Shown in pieces: positions 56,250-64,000 of a stretch of DNA of 64,000 bases. The position numbers and the translations under genes were made by a program. Under the pieces are notes generated by a model that saw only the letters and a list, made by a program, of their open reading frames with translations, made no database searches and was not told the origin of the DNA. The stretch is taken from NCBI GenBank assembly GCA_039796775.1, contig JBDKJD010000004.1:6103-70102 (forward strand), read 5' to 3'. This stretch comes from Candidatus Parcubacteria bacterium (GTDB lineage Bacteria > Patescibacteriota > Minisyncoccia > Phycocordibacterales > UBA5272). The first letter of the stretch is position 1. Every line of letters starts with the position of its first letter.

Positions 56250-57695
56250 TTAATATTTAGTATCAACATAATAACCATGACGACCATAGCAATTATTCCC
56301 AAATTTATCTTTGTGTGGATTTAATTTTCCATCTTGTTTTGATTTGGTAAACTTTTTATTACAATAACTACATTCGTATATATATTTTGTACTTGAAAAA
56401 CCACCAAATCTCTTAACTCTTGTAATTATCCTAGCTGGTGACTTTGCTGGTTTGTTTGGGTCAAAAAAGTAAGGCTTTTCTGGTTTTTCCCCAGACTTAC
56501 AAAGTTCAATCTGATATTTGGGATCAAATGTTTCTTCAGTGTTTTCTACTGACACCATTCTATCGGCTCTAAAAATTTTAATACTAGGAGAACTAAAACC
56601 ACCTCTTAATTTATAAGCGTATAAATATTCAAATTCAGTACCATCTTCTTTTCTCATATATTTTATTGAATACGGTTCAACAAAACGTTCTTCGCTAATG
56701 CCTTTTTCATTTCTATATTTAATTTTTATCACCTTCTGATCTCTCCCAGCTTTCATAATGGGCACTCTAAAATCTGGAGAAAAATAAATGGACGAGCGGT
56801 AACCGTTATCTGGATAAATTTTGAATAGATTTTCTAAATCTTCTAAAAAGAAAGTTATAGCATCTTCTATATCCAACAAAAATTCTTTAGAACATATGAC
56901 ACTTTTACCCCAAAACTCTCTAAAGTAGTCGAATGGTGTTTTAAGTAATATATCCTTAAGGTTATTAGGGTTTTTCCTAAAAATAGTTTTTTGTATTAAA
57001 ACTTCTACAACTTCTTCTTTATTTAGAGATCCTCCAAGTAATTTAATAGAATAAACGTAATCAAATAAATCGGGAGCATGTTGTCTTTGTAGTAAACATT
57101 TTAGTTTTGTTGCTACAATTTCTTCTAATTTCATACACGAAATTTCACACTGAAGATCGCCACTATCTGAATATGGATGAATTAGTTTAACTTTTTGAAT
57201 TGGTAATATTACTTTATCAAAACGTGTTATGTCCATTGATATTTTAATTTTTATAATATCTGGGTTACCATAAAAATCCTTAAAATAAAGTTTTGCCTCA
57301 TAAACCTTTAAGCCAGTTACAGGTTCTTGTCCTTCTTTAAATTTATCCTTTACCTTGTTGTCATCTTTTGTAAAAACAACACCATTTTTTTCCTGAATAA
57401 AATCACAAACTTTATTAAGTTCTTGAAGTAAAAAATCTGGGTCAACATCATTATGAATACCAAAATCAAGATCGTTCGAATAACGAGTATTTTCAAAATA
57501 TCCTTTTCGTAAAGCATTACCTCCTTTTAAAAAGAAAATATCTTTTAAATTACTAGCAGTAAAAATACCAAATAAAACCCAACCAAAAACATAATCCTTT
57601 TCTACGTGTGTGGGGTTTATTTCAAAATATTTAGCCTTTTCCTCTATTTCTTTCTTATCTATCATAGATAACTTAATTACAACATAAATAACCAT
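56250..57695 (-). CDS. AbiEii/DUF1814-family nucleotidyltransferase (abortive-infection/type IV TA toxin-like) with C-terminal Cys/His-containing extension
   Basis: EKDYVFGWVLFGIF...FLKGGNALRKGYFENTRYSNDLDFGI matches AbiEii N-terminal signature (LKGGTAL..R.SEDLDF); 481 aa. Confidence 0.6.
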   Translation of the reverse strand: MVIYVVIKLSMIDKKEIEEKAKYFEINPTHVEKDYVFGWVLFGIFTASNLKDIFFLKGGNALRKGYFENTRYSNDLDFGIHNDVDPDFLLQELNKVCDFIQEKNGVVFTKDDNKVKDKFKEGQEPVTGLKVYEAKLYFKDFYGNPDIIKIKISMDITRFDKVILPIQKVKLIHPYSDSGDLQCEISCMKLEEIVATKLKCLLQRQHAPDLFDYVYSIKLLGGSLNKEEVVEVLIQKTIFRKNPNNLKDILLKTPFDYFREFWGKSVICSKEFLLDIEDAITFFLEDLENLFKIYPDNGYRSSIYFSPDFRVPIMKAGRDQKVIKIKYRNEKGISEERFVEPYSIKYMRKEDGTEFEYLYAYKLRGGFSSPSIKIFRADRMVSVENTEETFDPKYQIELCKSGEKPEKPYFFDPNKPAKSPARIITRVKRFGGFSSTKYIYECSYCNKKFTKSKQDGKLNPHKDKFGNNCYGRHGYYVDTKY

Positions 57696-57720
57696 TGAAT
57701 ACTAGAATTTTGAAAAATAA

Positions 57721-57747
57721 AAACCATCATAATTGATGGTTTTTATT
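57721..57747. terminator. perfect hairpin AAAAACCATCA-TAAT-TGATGGTTTTT between tRNA-Ser and AbiEii-like gene
   Basis: seen directly. Confidence 0.55.
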
Positions 57748-57793
57748 TTCATTTAGTTTTCTATGCTCCTCGAGCACCAGAACCTAAACGACT

Positions 57794-57884
57794 TGGCGGA
57801 GGAGGTGAGATTCGAACTCACGGTCCGGTTACCCAGACTCTTGTTTTCAAGACAAGTGCAATAGACCAACTCTGCCACTCCTCC
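57794..57884 (-). tRNA. tRNA-Ser (UGA) with encoded CCA
   Basis: acceptor GGAGGAG/CTCCTCC, anticodon loop CTTGAAA, long variable arm, T-arm GTGAG-TTCGAAT-CTCAC, discriminator G + CCA. Confidence 0.8.
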
Positions 57885-58023
57885 GTATTTATTTGTTGCA
57901 TCACTTTATCATATTTTGAAACTAAAAACAATAAATTATGCATAATACTCTCTATAATGACAATCTAACCTAGTAGACTTCACACTAGTAAAAGACATTA
58001 TAATGTGGTAGTATTTTTCCATC

Positions 58024-58095
58024 GCTCTCGTAGTTCAATGGATAGAATGCAAGTTTGCGGTACTTGCGATCTAGGTTCGATTCCTGGCGAGAGCA
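58024..58095 (+). tRNA. tRNA-Arg (GCG)
   Basis: acceptor GCTCTCG/CGAGAGC, anticodon stem GCAAGT/ACTTGC with loop TTGCGGT, T-arm CTAGG-TTCGATT-CCTGG. Confidence 0.6.
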
Positions 58096-58098
58096 CAG

Positions 58099-58140
58099 AA
58101 TATAAAATACCCATCTAACAAAGTGATGGGTATTTTATAT
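58099..58140 (+). terminator. 17-bp perfect hairpin AATATAAAATACCCATC..GATGGGTATTTTATATT after tRNA-Arg
   Basis: seen directly. Confidence 0.5.
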
Positions 58141-58240
58141 TCTGCAGTATTAGATGTACGACACCTACGTGTCGCACATCAGGAATCGAATGGGGGGGTC
58201 GCGGAACTTTATCGACGAACACAGTGAGGAGAAGCTCTGT

Positions 58241-58253
58241 GACCGAACTTCCT
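58241..58253 (+). repeat. 13-nt direct repeat (TTCCTGGCGAGAG) of the tRNA-Arg 3' end, 159 bp downstream
   Basis: identical to 58082-58094. Confidence 0.5.
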
Positions 58254-58295
58254 GGCGAGAGAAAGGAAGTGCATATCCCTATGTCAGATCAGAAA

Positions 58296-58325
58296 ATCAA
58301 AATCCCCTTTCGGGGATTTTGATTT
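58296..58325 (-). terminator. rpsT terminator AATCAAAATCCCC-GAAA-GGGGATTTTGATT + U-tract
   Basis: perfect 13-bp stem 11 nt after rpsT stop. Confidence 0.65.
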
Positions 58326-58336
58326 TTATAATATAT

Positions 58337-58603
58337 TTACTTCGCAACCTTAGCTACTGCTTTTGCTAGACGGGATTTCTTACGGTCTGCTTGGCCTTTT
58401 TTGATTGTGCCACGCTTAGCTGCCTTGTCGAGCGCCTTGAATGCTAATGATAAATCTTTTTGTGCAGTTTTTGAATCTTTTGCGATAACGTCTTTGCGTA
58501 CAACTTTTACTGCTTCTTTCATAGTACGACGAAGAGTGTCATTAAACACTCTTTTGCGAGTACTTACACGAATTTGACGTTTTGCTGTTTTGGTAATTGC
58601 CAT
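58337..58603 (-). CDS. rpsT: 30S ribosomal protein S20
   Basis: Lys/Ala-rich helical 88-aa protein MAITKTAKRQIRVSTRKRVFN.. typical of S20. Confidence 0.85.
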   Translation of the reverse strand: MAITKTAKRQIRVSTRKRVFNDTLRRTMKEAVKVVRKDVIAKDSKTAQKDLSLAFKALDKAAKRGTIKKGQADRKKSRLAKAVAKVAK

Positions 58604-58761
58604 AAATGCTTGATATTAGTTACTAGTGCCTAAAGTTTTTGAATAGTATGATACTAACACATTTTTAATATTATGCAAAGAAAAAAGGAATAAACACACC
58701 TAACTCTAAGCAATAATATAACCCTCTAGCCACTAATCACGAACGACTATATACTGTTTTT

Positions 58762-59322
58762 ATGATTGGATATCTTTCTGGAAAAATAATCGAATCTTTT
58801 GGTGATCACGTACTCCTCGATGTAAATGGTGTTGGGTACAAAATATTAGTCCCCGTCTCCCTGGCTGTCTCAGCAGAAAAAGGAGACGCTCATGCTTTTT
58901 TTGTACACACACATGTACGAGAAGATCAATTAACCTTGTATGGTTTCAGAGAAAGTTTAGAGCTCTTTGTTTTTGAAAAACTTATCAGTGTTTCTGGTAT
59001 TGGACCTAAAAGCGCACTTTCCATGTTGTCACTCTCCTCGCCTTCTTCTATCGCTTCTTGTATAGAGCAAGGTGACGCTGAGCAATTATCACGTACTCCA
59101 GGGGTAGGTAAAAAAACCGCTGAAAAAATTATCCTCGAATTACGTGGCAAATTAACCCACCTCATCACAACCGAACACTCCAAAGAAGAAGACGAGGTAA
59201 GGCTAGCTCTTGAAGCGCTAGGTTATGGAACTAAAGAAATTAATGCTGTTATAAAAAAAATAGACATCGAAAAAAAATCAACGAGCGCCATTATCAGAGA
59301 AGCTCTCAATCTTTTACATTAA
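58762..59322 (+). CDS. ruvA: Holliday junction DNA helicase RuvA
   Basis: MIGYLSGKI... OB domain, two HhH motifs (GIGPKSA.., PGVGKKTAEKI), C-terminal domain III. Confidence 0.85.
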   Translation: MIGYLSGKIIESFGDHVLLDVNGVGYKILVPVSLAVSAEKGDAHAFFVHTHVREDQLTLYGFRESLELFVFEKLISVSGIGPKSALSMLSLSSPSSIASCIEQGDAEQLSRTPGVGKKTAEKIILELRGKLTHLITTEHSKEEDEVRLALEALGYGTKEINAVIKKIDIEKKSTSAIIREALNLLH

Positions 59323-59328
59323 TTTCTT

Positions 59329-60609
59329 ATGTTAGAACAAATCCTTCGCCTCATTGAGCGTTATATACCAAAAAAAATATATAGATTCTTCCAACCTTTT
59401 TATCATCTTGTGTTAGCCATTATTGGAACAGTGCTCTATAGAAAACCTTCTAGAAAAATAACAGTAATTGGTATAACTGGTACCAAAGGTAAATCTTCTA
59501 CAACTGAGTTTGTTAATGCCGTTCTTGAAGCAGCGGGCAAAAAGACAGCCATACTTTCTACCATTCGTTTCAAAATAGGTGACACAACCAAAGCTAACAA
59601 GTATAAGATGACCATGCCTGGGAGATTCTTTACACAGAAGTTTCTTCATGATGCAGTGCGGGCGCATTGCGAATATGCGATAGTGGAGATGACATCTGAA
59701 GGTGCTAAGTTCTTTCGCCACATTGGCGTTGAGATGGATGCACTCATCTTCACCAATCTCTCCCCTGAACACATAGAATCTCATGGTTCATTTAATAAGT
59801 ATAAGAATGCGAAGCTACGACTTGTGAAGCATTTAGCTAAAAGCAAAAAACCTAATCGTATGTCGATTGCCAATATCGACAATGAACATGGTCACTCTTT
59901 TCTCATCCATGATGTAGAAAAAAATATTGGCTACTCTCTAAAAGAAGTCAACCTACTTGAGGAAAATACTTCTCTTAGTAGAATAGAGTACAAAGGAGTA
60001 GAGATGGTCATACCTCTTCCTGGAAGATTCAATATTTTAAACGCACTCTCTGCTATCAAACTTGCTGAGGAGTACGCTATACCTTTAGAAACAATCAAGA
60101 TAGGACTCGAAGGTCTCACCATAATTCGTGGAAGAGTGGAGCGAGTCGAGGCAGGTCAAGACTTTACTGTTATAGTTGACTACGCTCACACAGATGACTC
60201 TCTCAAAAAACTGTATGATGCATTCCCTTCTTCTCGTAAGATAGCAGTGCTTGGATCAACTGGAGGTGGACGTGATTCTTGGAAGCGTCCTGTGCTTGGA
60301 AAGATTGCAGATGAAAACTGTGATGAAATAATCATTACTAATGAAGACCCGTACGACGAGGATCCGATGCACATCATTAACGCTGTTGCGTCCGGCGTGA
60401 CACGACACACACCGATAATTATTGAAAACAGAAGAGAAGCTATTGCAAAAGCATTACAACTAGCAAGGACTGGGGACACAGTACTCATCACCGGTAAAGG
60501 CACTGACCCGTATATAATGGGACCAAATGGAAGCAAGGAAGAGTGGGATGACGTAACCGTGGCGAAAGAAGAACTGGAGAAGCTCTTGGCTCTTGGCCGT
60601 CAGTATTAA
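59329..60609 (+). CDS. Mur ligase family protein (MurE/MurT-like; no N-terminal MurE domain)
   Basis: GITGTKGKSST P-loop, DYAHTDDSL, C-terminal ITGKGTDPY. Confidence 0.6.
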   Translation: MLEQILRLIERYIPKKIYRFFQPFYHLVLAIIGTVLYRKPSRKITVIGITGTKGKSSTTEFVNAVLEAAGKKTAILSTIRFKIGDTTKANKYKMTMPGRFFTQKFLHDAVRAHCEYAIVEMTSEGAKFFRHIGVEMDALIFTNLSPEHIESHGSFNKYKNAKLRLVKHLAKSKKPNRMSIANIDNEHGHSFLIHDVEKNIGYSLKEVNLLEENTSLSRIEYKGVEMVIPLPGRFNILNALSAIKLAEEYAIPLETIKIGLEGLTIIRGRVERVEAGQDFTVIVDYAHTDDSLKKLYDAFPSSRKIAVLGSTGGGRDSWKRPVLGKIADENCDEIIITNEDPYDEDPMHIINAVASGVTRHTPIIIENRREAIAKALQLARTGDTVLITGKGTDPYIMGPNGSKEEWDDVTVAKEELEKLLALGRQY

Positions 60610-60656
60610 GCAAAAAACAAAGCCGCGCTACGCGCGGCTTCTCACTTCACAATGAC

Positions 60657-61003
60657 TCAAATAGTAACCCCTGCTCGTGCAAGTGAATCCTTGATTTCCT
60701 GCATTCTCGCAGGGCCGATGCCACGAATCTTCTGACCATTTCTCAGTTTTTCAACCAAAGCACCAATGGTCGTGAAGGGCATATTTTGATACAGCACGAG
60801 ACGTGTATTTTTGCTCAAGCCAAATCTTAGACGCAACTCATCAACTTCTTCTTTCAAAAGTGAAGGTTTGATCTTTGGTGGAGTGGGTACTGGCACTGTT
60901 TTACTAACAGCCTTGAGTGCTTTTTTTGCCGCGCGTTTAACGCGGTGATTTCTTTTGTTACGGGTGGATGCTCTTATTTTTTTCTTGGACTTGGTTCTAG
61001 CCA
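60657..61003 (-). CDS. basic HhH-motif DNA/RNA-binding protein
   Basis: Lys/Arg-rich N-terminus (MARTKSKKKIRASTRNKRNHRVKRAAKK) + HhH (IRGIGPARMQEI); ORF track extends to 61091. Confidence 0.35.
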
Positions 61004-61131
61004 TGATGGCCTCCATTAAAAACATGATAATCCTCTTTCGAGGGCCTATGTGGATACTCTCACATTCCTCAACCTCTTTCAAGTCTTGCATTTTTCTATC
61101 ATCTACTGTCTACTGTCTTTAATCTACTCTT

Positions 61132-62052
61132 ATGCCAGAACTTCCAGAAGTACACACAACAGTAACGGGGCTGCAGAAAGTATTGCCTGGGCTTTCTATT
61201 ACCGATGTGTGGTCTGATATGTGGAGCACTTCGAAGCTAACGAGGAATACGATCAAAGACAAAACGTACTTTCCCTACTTTAAAAAATACACACTTAATC
61301 AAAAGGTGCTTCAAGTTCGTCGTCGAGCAAAACATATTCTCATCGACCTTAAAAACGGGTTCACCATTATCATGCACATGAAGATGACGGGGCATATCAT
61401 GTACGGCAGTTATAGGCAGGATAAAAAATATAATGGACGCGAATGGAGCTGGGTGCCAGTTAAAAAGAACACGCCCTTATCTGATCCTTACAACCGGCAC
61501 ATCCACGTTGTCTTCATGCTTTCAGATGGCAAGCAGCTAGTCTTCTGTGACCCCAGAAAGTTCGGCACCATAGTAGTAGAAAAAACAGATACGTTACACA
61601 AGGAGAGATTGGCGCACCTTGGACCAGAGCCTCTTGAAACGACATTCACCCAAAATGACTTCAAGGAACGGATTATGAAATCCCCTACTCGGGCAATCAA
61701 AACAGTGCTCATGGATCAATCTATCATTGCAGGTATTGGCAATATTTACTCTGATGAAATGTTACACAGAGCTCATATTCTTCCAACTCGAACAGCAAAG
61801 TCTCTTACTGGGATGGAATGGAAACTTCTCTTCACTTCAATGAAGGAGGTCCTTGTGAAAGGAATAGATTTTGGTGGCGACTCAACGAGTGACTATCGCA
61901 ACATTACTGGTGCGCGTGGCGCTTTTCATGAAAATCATCTCGTCTACCTTCGCACCAAGAAACCGTGTCTTACAAAAAAGTGTGGCGGGATAATTGAGAA
62001 GTTAACCCTCGGAGGCCGCAGTGCACACTTTTGCAGAACCTGTCAGCGCTGA
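61132..62052 (+). CDS. mutM: formamidopyrimidine-DNA glycosylase (Fpg/Nei family)
   Basis: N-terminal MPELPEV, H2TH motif, C-terminal CxxC...CxxC zinc finger. Confidence 0.85.
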   Translation: MPELPEVHTTVTGLQKVLPGLSITDVWSDMWSTSKLTRNTIKDKTYFPYFKKYTLNQKVLQVRRRAKHILIDLKNGFTIIMHMKMTGHIMYGSYRQDKKYNGREWSWVPVKKNTPLSDPYNRHIHVVFMLSDGKQLVFCDPRKFGTIVVEKTDTLHKERLAHLGPEPLETTFTQNDFKERIMKSPTRAIKTVLMDQSIIAGIGNIYSDEMLHRAHILPTRTAKSLTGMEWKLLFTSMKEVLVKGIDFGGDSTSDYRNITGARGAFHENHLVYLRTKKPCLTKKCGGIIEKLTLGGRSAHFCRTCQR

Positions 62053-62080
62053 TTCAGCTAAAGATTTAGATTTTACCTCT

Positions 62081-62120
62081 CCACTAGCAACTAGTAACTA
62101 GTAACTGTAAACTAGAGCCC
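62081..62120 (+). promoter_or_regulatory. tandem-heptamer leader element in plus orientation (CCACTAG CAACTAG TAACTAG TAACTGT AAACTAG AGCCC-ATG)
   Basis: same element as at minus-strand genes but in sense orientation on plus strand, abutting a small ORF. Confidence 0.5.
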
Positions 62121-62279
62121 ATGGGAGTCATTCTTAAAATTTTCTTTGGGTTCTGGATAATATGGATACTCTGGTACATAACAGGAGGACCTCTTCGAGA
62201 CGATAAGACTAAGCCATATATTGGCCCTAATGCTTCTGGACAATTAGAAACATTTGGAACATCTTCAAAACCTAGATAA
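62121..62279 (+). CDS. small hydrophobic ORF (52 aa, MGVILKIFFGFWIIWILWYITGGPL...)
   Basis: ATG immediately after heptamer leader; not in ORF track (<60 aa). Confidence 0.3.
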   Translation: MGVILKIFFGFWIIWILWYITGGPLRDDKTKPYIGPNASGQLETFGTSSKPR

Positions 62280-62408
62280 TCAGGTAGCGGACTGGCGTTT
62301 TTGTCAAATATTTGATAGGATAATGTGACGTTATTTGTCTTTTGTTTTTAGAAATATGTATTCTGTATTTTACTAAGAACTAAAAACTAGTAACTAAAAA
62401 CTATTCCA

Positions 62409-62481
62409 GTCCCTATAGCTCAGTCGGTAGAGCAGCTGCCTTTTAAGCAGACGGTCGAAGGTTCGATCCCTTCTGGGGGCA
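62409..62481 (+). tRNA. tRNA-Lys (UUU)
   Basis: D-arm GCTC-AGTCGGTA-GAGC, anticodon loop CTTTTAA, T-arm GAAGG-TTCGATC-CCTTC, acceptor GTCCCTA/TGGGGGC (two G-U pairs). Confidence 0.75.
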
Positions 62482-62488
62482 CATGAAA

Positions 62489-62530
62489 CAATAAACATCT
62501 CTTTTACTGAAGAGGTGTTTATTGTTTTAA
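62489..62530 (+). terminator. 18-bp hairpin AAACAATAAACATCTCTT..AAGAGGTGTTTATTGTTT after tRNA-Lys
   Basis: one mismatch in stem. Confidence 0.5.
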
Positions 62531-62624
62531 TGTTGCTTCGCATACGGATCGAACCGAAGGCTCTTATTTTTAAGGAGTGAAGCGACTATAAAAATAATGA
62601 GTTTCGACTGAAAGGAGGGGCGAT

Positions 62625-62639
62625 CCCTTCTGGGGACTC
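62625..62639 (+). repeat. 15-nt direct repeat (CGATCCCTTCTGGGG) of the tRNA-Lys 3' end, 160 bp downstream
   Basis: identical to 62465-62479. Confidence 0.5.
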
Positions 62640-62777
62640 AAAAAGAAAACGCCTAATGGTGTATCTTTCTTTTTGAGTCCCCAAGAGTGAGCCAACTACT
62701 TGTCTTATTTAAGATAAGAGCAAAAACACCACCCTCTCCACTTCTCAGTCATTGGTTAGCACTATACACTACTTGGT

Positions 62778-63809
62778 ATGAATAAACCTTATCTGATAAG
62801 TGGTGGAATAGGGACACTTCTAATAATCATCTCCTTGATCTATTATTTCTATTCCAACAATGAAACATCACGTAATCAATGTGAGCAGGACATCATGATA
62901 TGTGCTGATGGGACAACGGTCGGAAGAGTGTATCCATCGTGTGAATTCGATATTTGTAAGGATTCAATATCCCCTATTATCACACAACAATTAGAATCAA
63001 AACCTATTGATGAAGCGAGTCTCTTGGAACAAGTCGCAACCAAAACACCAAAAGAAATACTACCCAAAAAAGAACGAGTTCCTCTCTCTGTTGCTCCCCC
63101 AAAAGACAACACACTAATTACTGTCATCGAAAAGACTCTTGGCTCTTTTGTGTCTTTGTTTTCTCAAAACAATACCCCTTCTTCATCAACAAATAACCAA
63201 ACCGTACCAAATAGTAACAACACTCCAACAAAAACATATAACGATGAGCGCTACTCAGTTAATAATGGCACAATTATAGATAGTAACGGTAACGCTGTCG
63301 CAGCCCTCCCACCTTCATCGTATACATCAACCAGTTCTGGTTCTTCATGGGAAACTCATACAGTGAACGCTATTAGTGTTGGATCAACAACTCCTGTGGT
63401 TGATGGTGTTCCTGTTGAAGGACAGGTTGGCAAATATTATATAAGTGAAAATTCTTTTGGTAATAGAGAGTTGTGCGAATTCTCAAACAGAATATACATA
63501 TTCGACTCTATCACTAATGATAAAGTGTTACTCTACGAAGAAAACACTTCAACCCTTTCACAAGACGATGAACGTGCATGTAATAGCGAAATATTCCTCC
63601 TAGCAACAGAGGAACAAAAACTTATTTTTAAATATCACACCATTAACACTAATATGATCTGTGAAAGCACGTGGAGTGCGCCTCATAATACATGGTATTT
63701 GAATGTAACCACCATCACTTCATCATCACGATACCCAATCAGCAACGAACGCTATGAAGATGCTGAGACAAAAGAACTTGTCTGTCGGTCCAATCTTGAG
63801 ACACAATAA
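62778..63809 (+). CDS. hypothetical membrane-anchored Ser/Thr/Asn-rich secreted protein
   Basis: N-terminal TM (GIGTLLIIISLIYYFY), Cys pairs and low-complexity S/T/N tracts. Confidence 0.45.
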   Translation: MNKPYLISGGIGTLLIIISLIYYFYSNNETSRNQCEQDIMICADGTTVGRVYPSCEFDICKDSISPIITQQLESKPIDEASLLEQVATKTPKEILPKKERVPLSVAPPKDNTLITVIEKTLGSFVSLFSQNNTPSSSTNNQTVPNSNNTPTKTYNDERYSVNNGTIIDSNGNAVAALPPSSYTSTSSGSSWETHTVNAISVGSTTPVVDGVPVEGQVGKYYISENSFGNRELCEFSNRIYIFDSITNDKVLLYEENTSTLSQDDERACNSEIFLLATEEQKLIFKYHTINTNMICESTWSAPHNTWYLNVTTITSSSRYPISNERYEDAETKELVCRSNLETQ

Positions 63810-63840
63810 CAATAGTATACCTACACCCTTCTTCTTGTTA

Positions 63841-64000
63841 TTAGAGCTTGAGTAGTAGCTTCTCTATCTCATCTTCTGTTGTCGTTATACCCTTGTGAGC
63901 ATTGATAAACGCATAGACTATGGATCGTGCGAAGTCTTCGCATTCTACTTTATTAAAACGAGTTGCCTTTTTGTGAAGAGTTGCTTCCCATATTGTTTTG
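63841..64000 (-). CDS. partial CDS (3' end only; C-terminus ...EDFARSIVYAFINAHKGITTTEDEIEKLLLKL), unknown product
   Basis: open frame from window edge to TAA at 63841-63843. Confidence 0.3.
   Translation of the reverse strand, partial: KTIWEATLHKKATRFNKVECEDFARSIVYAFINAHKGITTTEDEIEKLLLKL

Noticed and set aside
1-64000. CRISPR arrays or rRNA genes
   Set aside because: No regularly spaced direct repeats and no rRNA-like conserved stretches seen.

Overview
This 64-kb window is low-GC (roughly 35-38 %), compact DNA with most genes on the minus strand. Gene content and order look like a Candidate Phyla Radiation (Parcubacteria-like) bacterium: minimal housekeeping set, secE-nusG-rplK with no rplA following, abundant membrane/TPR surface proteins. 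Recognisable housekeeping genes include an MBL/beta-CASP RNase, ndk, rpsF-ssb-rpsR, tatD, metG, an ileS preceded by a T-box leader, argS, a tmk-thyX-dut-dcd nucleotide cluster, secE-nusG-rplK, queA, pyrG, rplS, rluA-family, ruvX, rpsT, ruvA, a Mur ligase, fpg and 8 tRNAs. Compositionally foreign (GC-rich) patches and accessory modules sit between them. The most notable observations are: (i) tmk and a tandem-domain ThyX-like gene each carry one in-frame TAG inside a conserved core, although TAG is an ordinary stop for rpsF and ndk. (ii) IleRS carries an inserted RHG histidine-phosphatase (PGAM-like) domain. (iii) A tandem-heptamer (TAACTAG-like) leader element abuts start codons at 10 or more loci. 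(iv) An ~8.5-kb tRNA-Ser-adjacent island carries a large serine recombinase, an AbiEii-like nucleotidyltransferase paired with a putative HxDxHxD hydrolase, a DUF4157-like HExxH protein, a NUDIX hydrolase, and a GC-rich ~1.1-kb cassette bounded by ~102-bp near-perfect inverted repeats. (v) A second accessory cluster (36.5-42.8 kb, tRNA-His/Leu-adjacent) carries two paralogous HExxH proteins, a methyltransferase, an NTase-like protein and a 300-nt GC-rich hairpin-rich candidate ncRNA. (vi) A reverse-transcriptase remnant sits next to a duplicated gene fragment. (vii) Short direct repeats of tRNA 3' ends lie ~160 bp downstream of tRNA-Arg and tRNA-Lys. No rRNA and no CRISPR array were seen. All calls rest on reading the ORF translations and the sequence by eye; no database searches were run.
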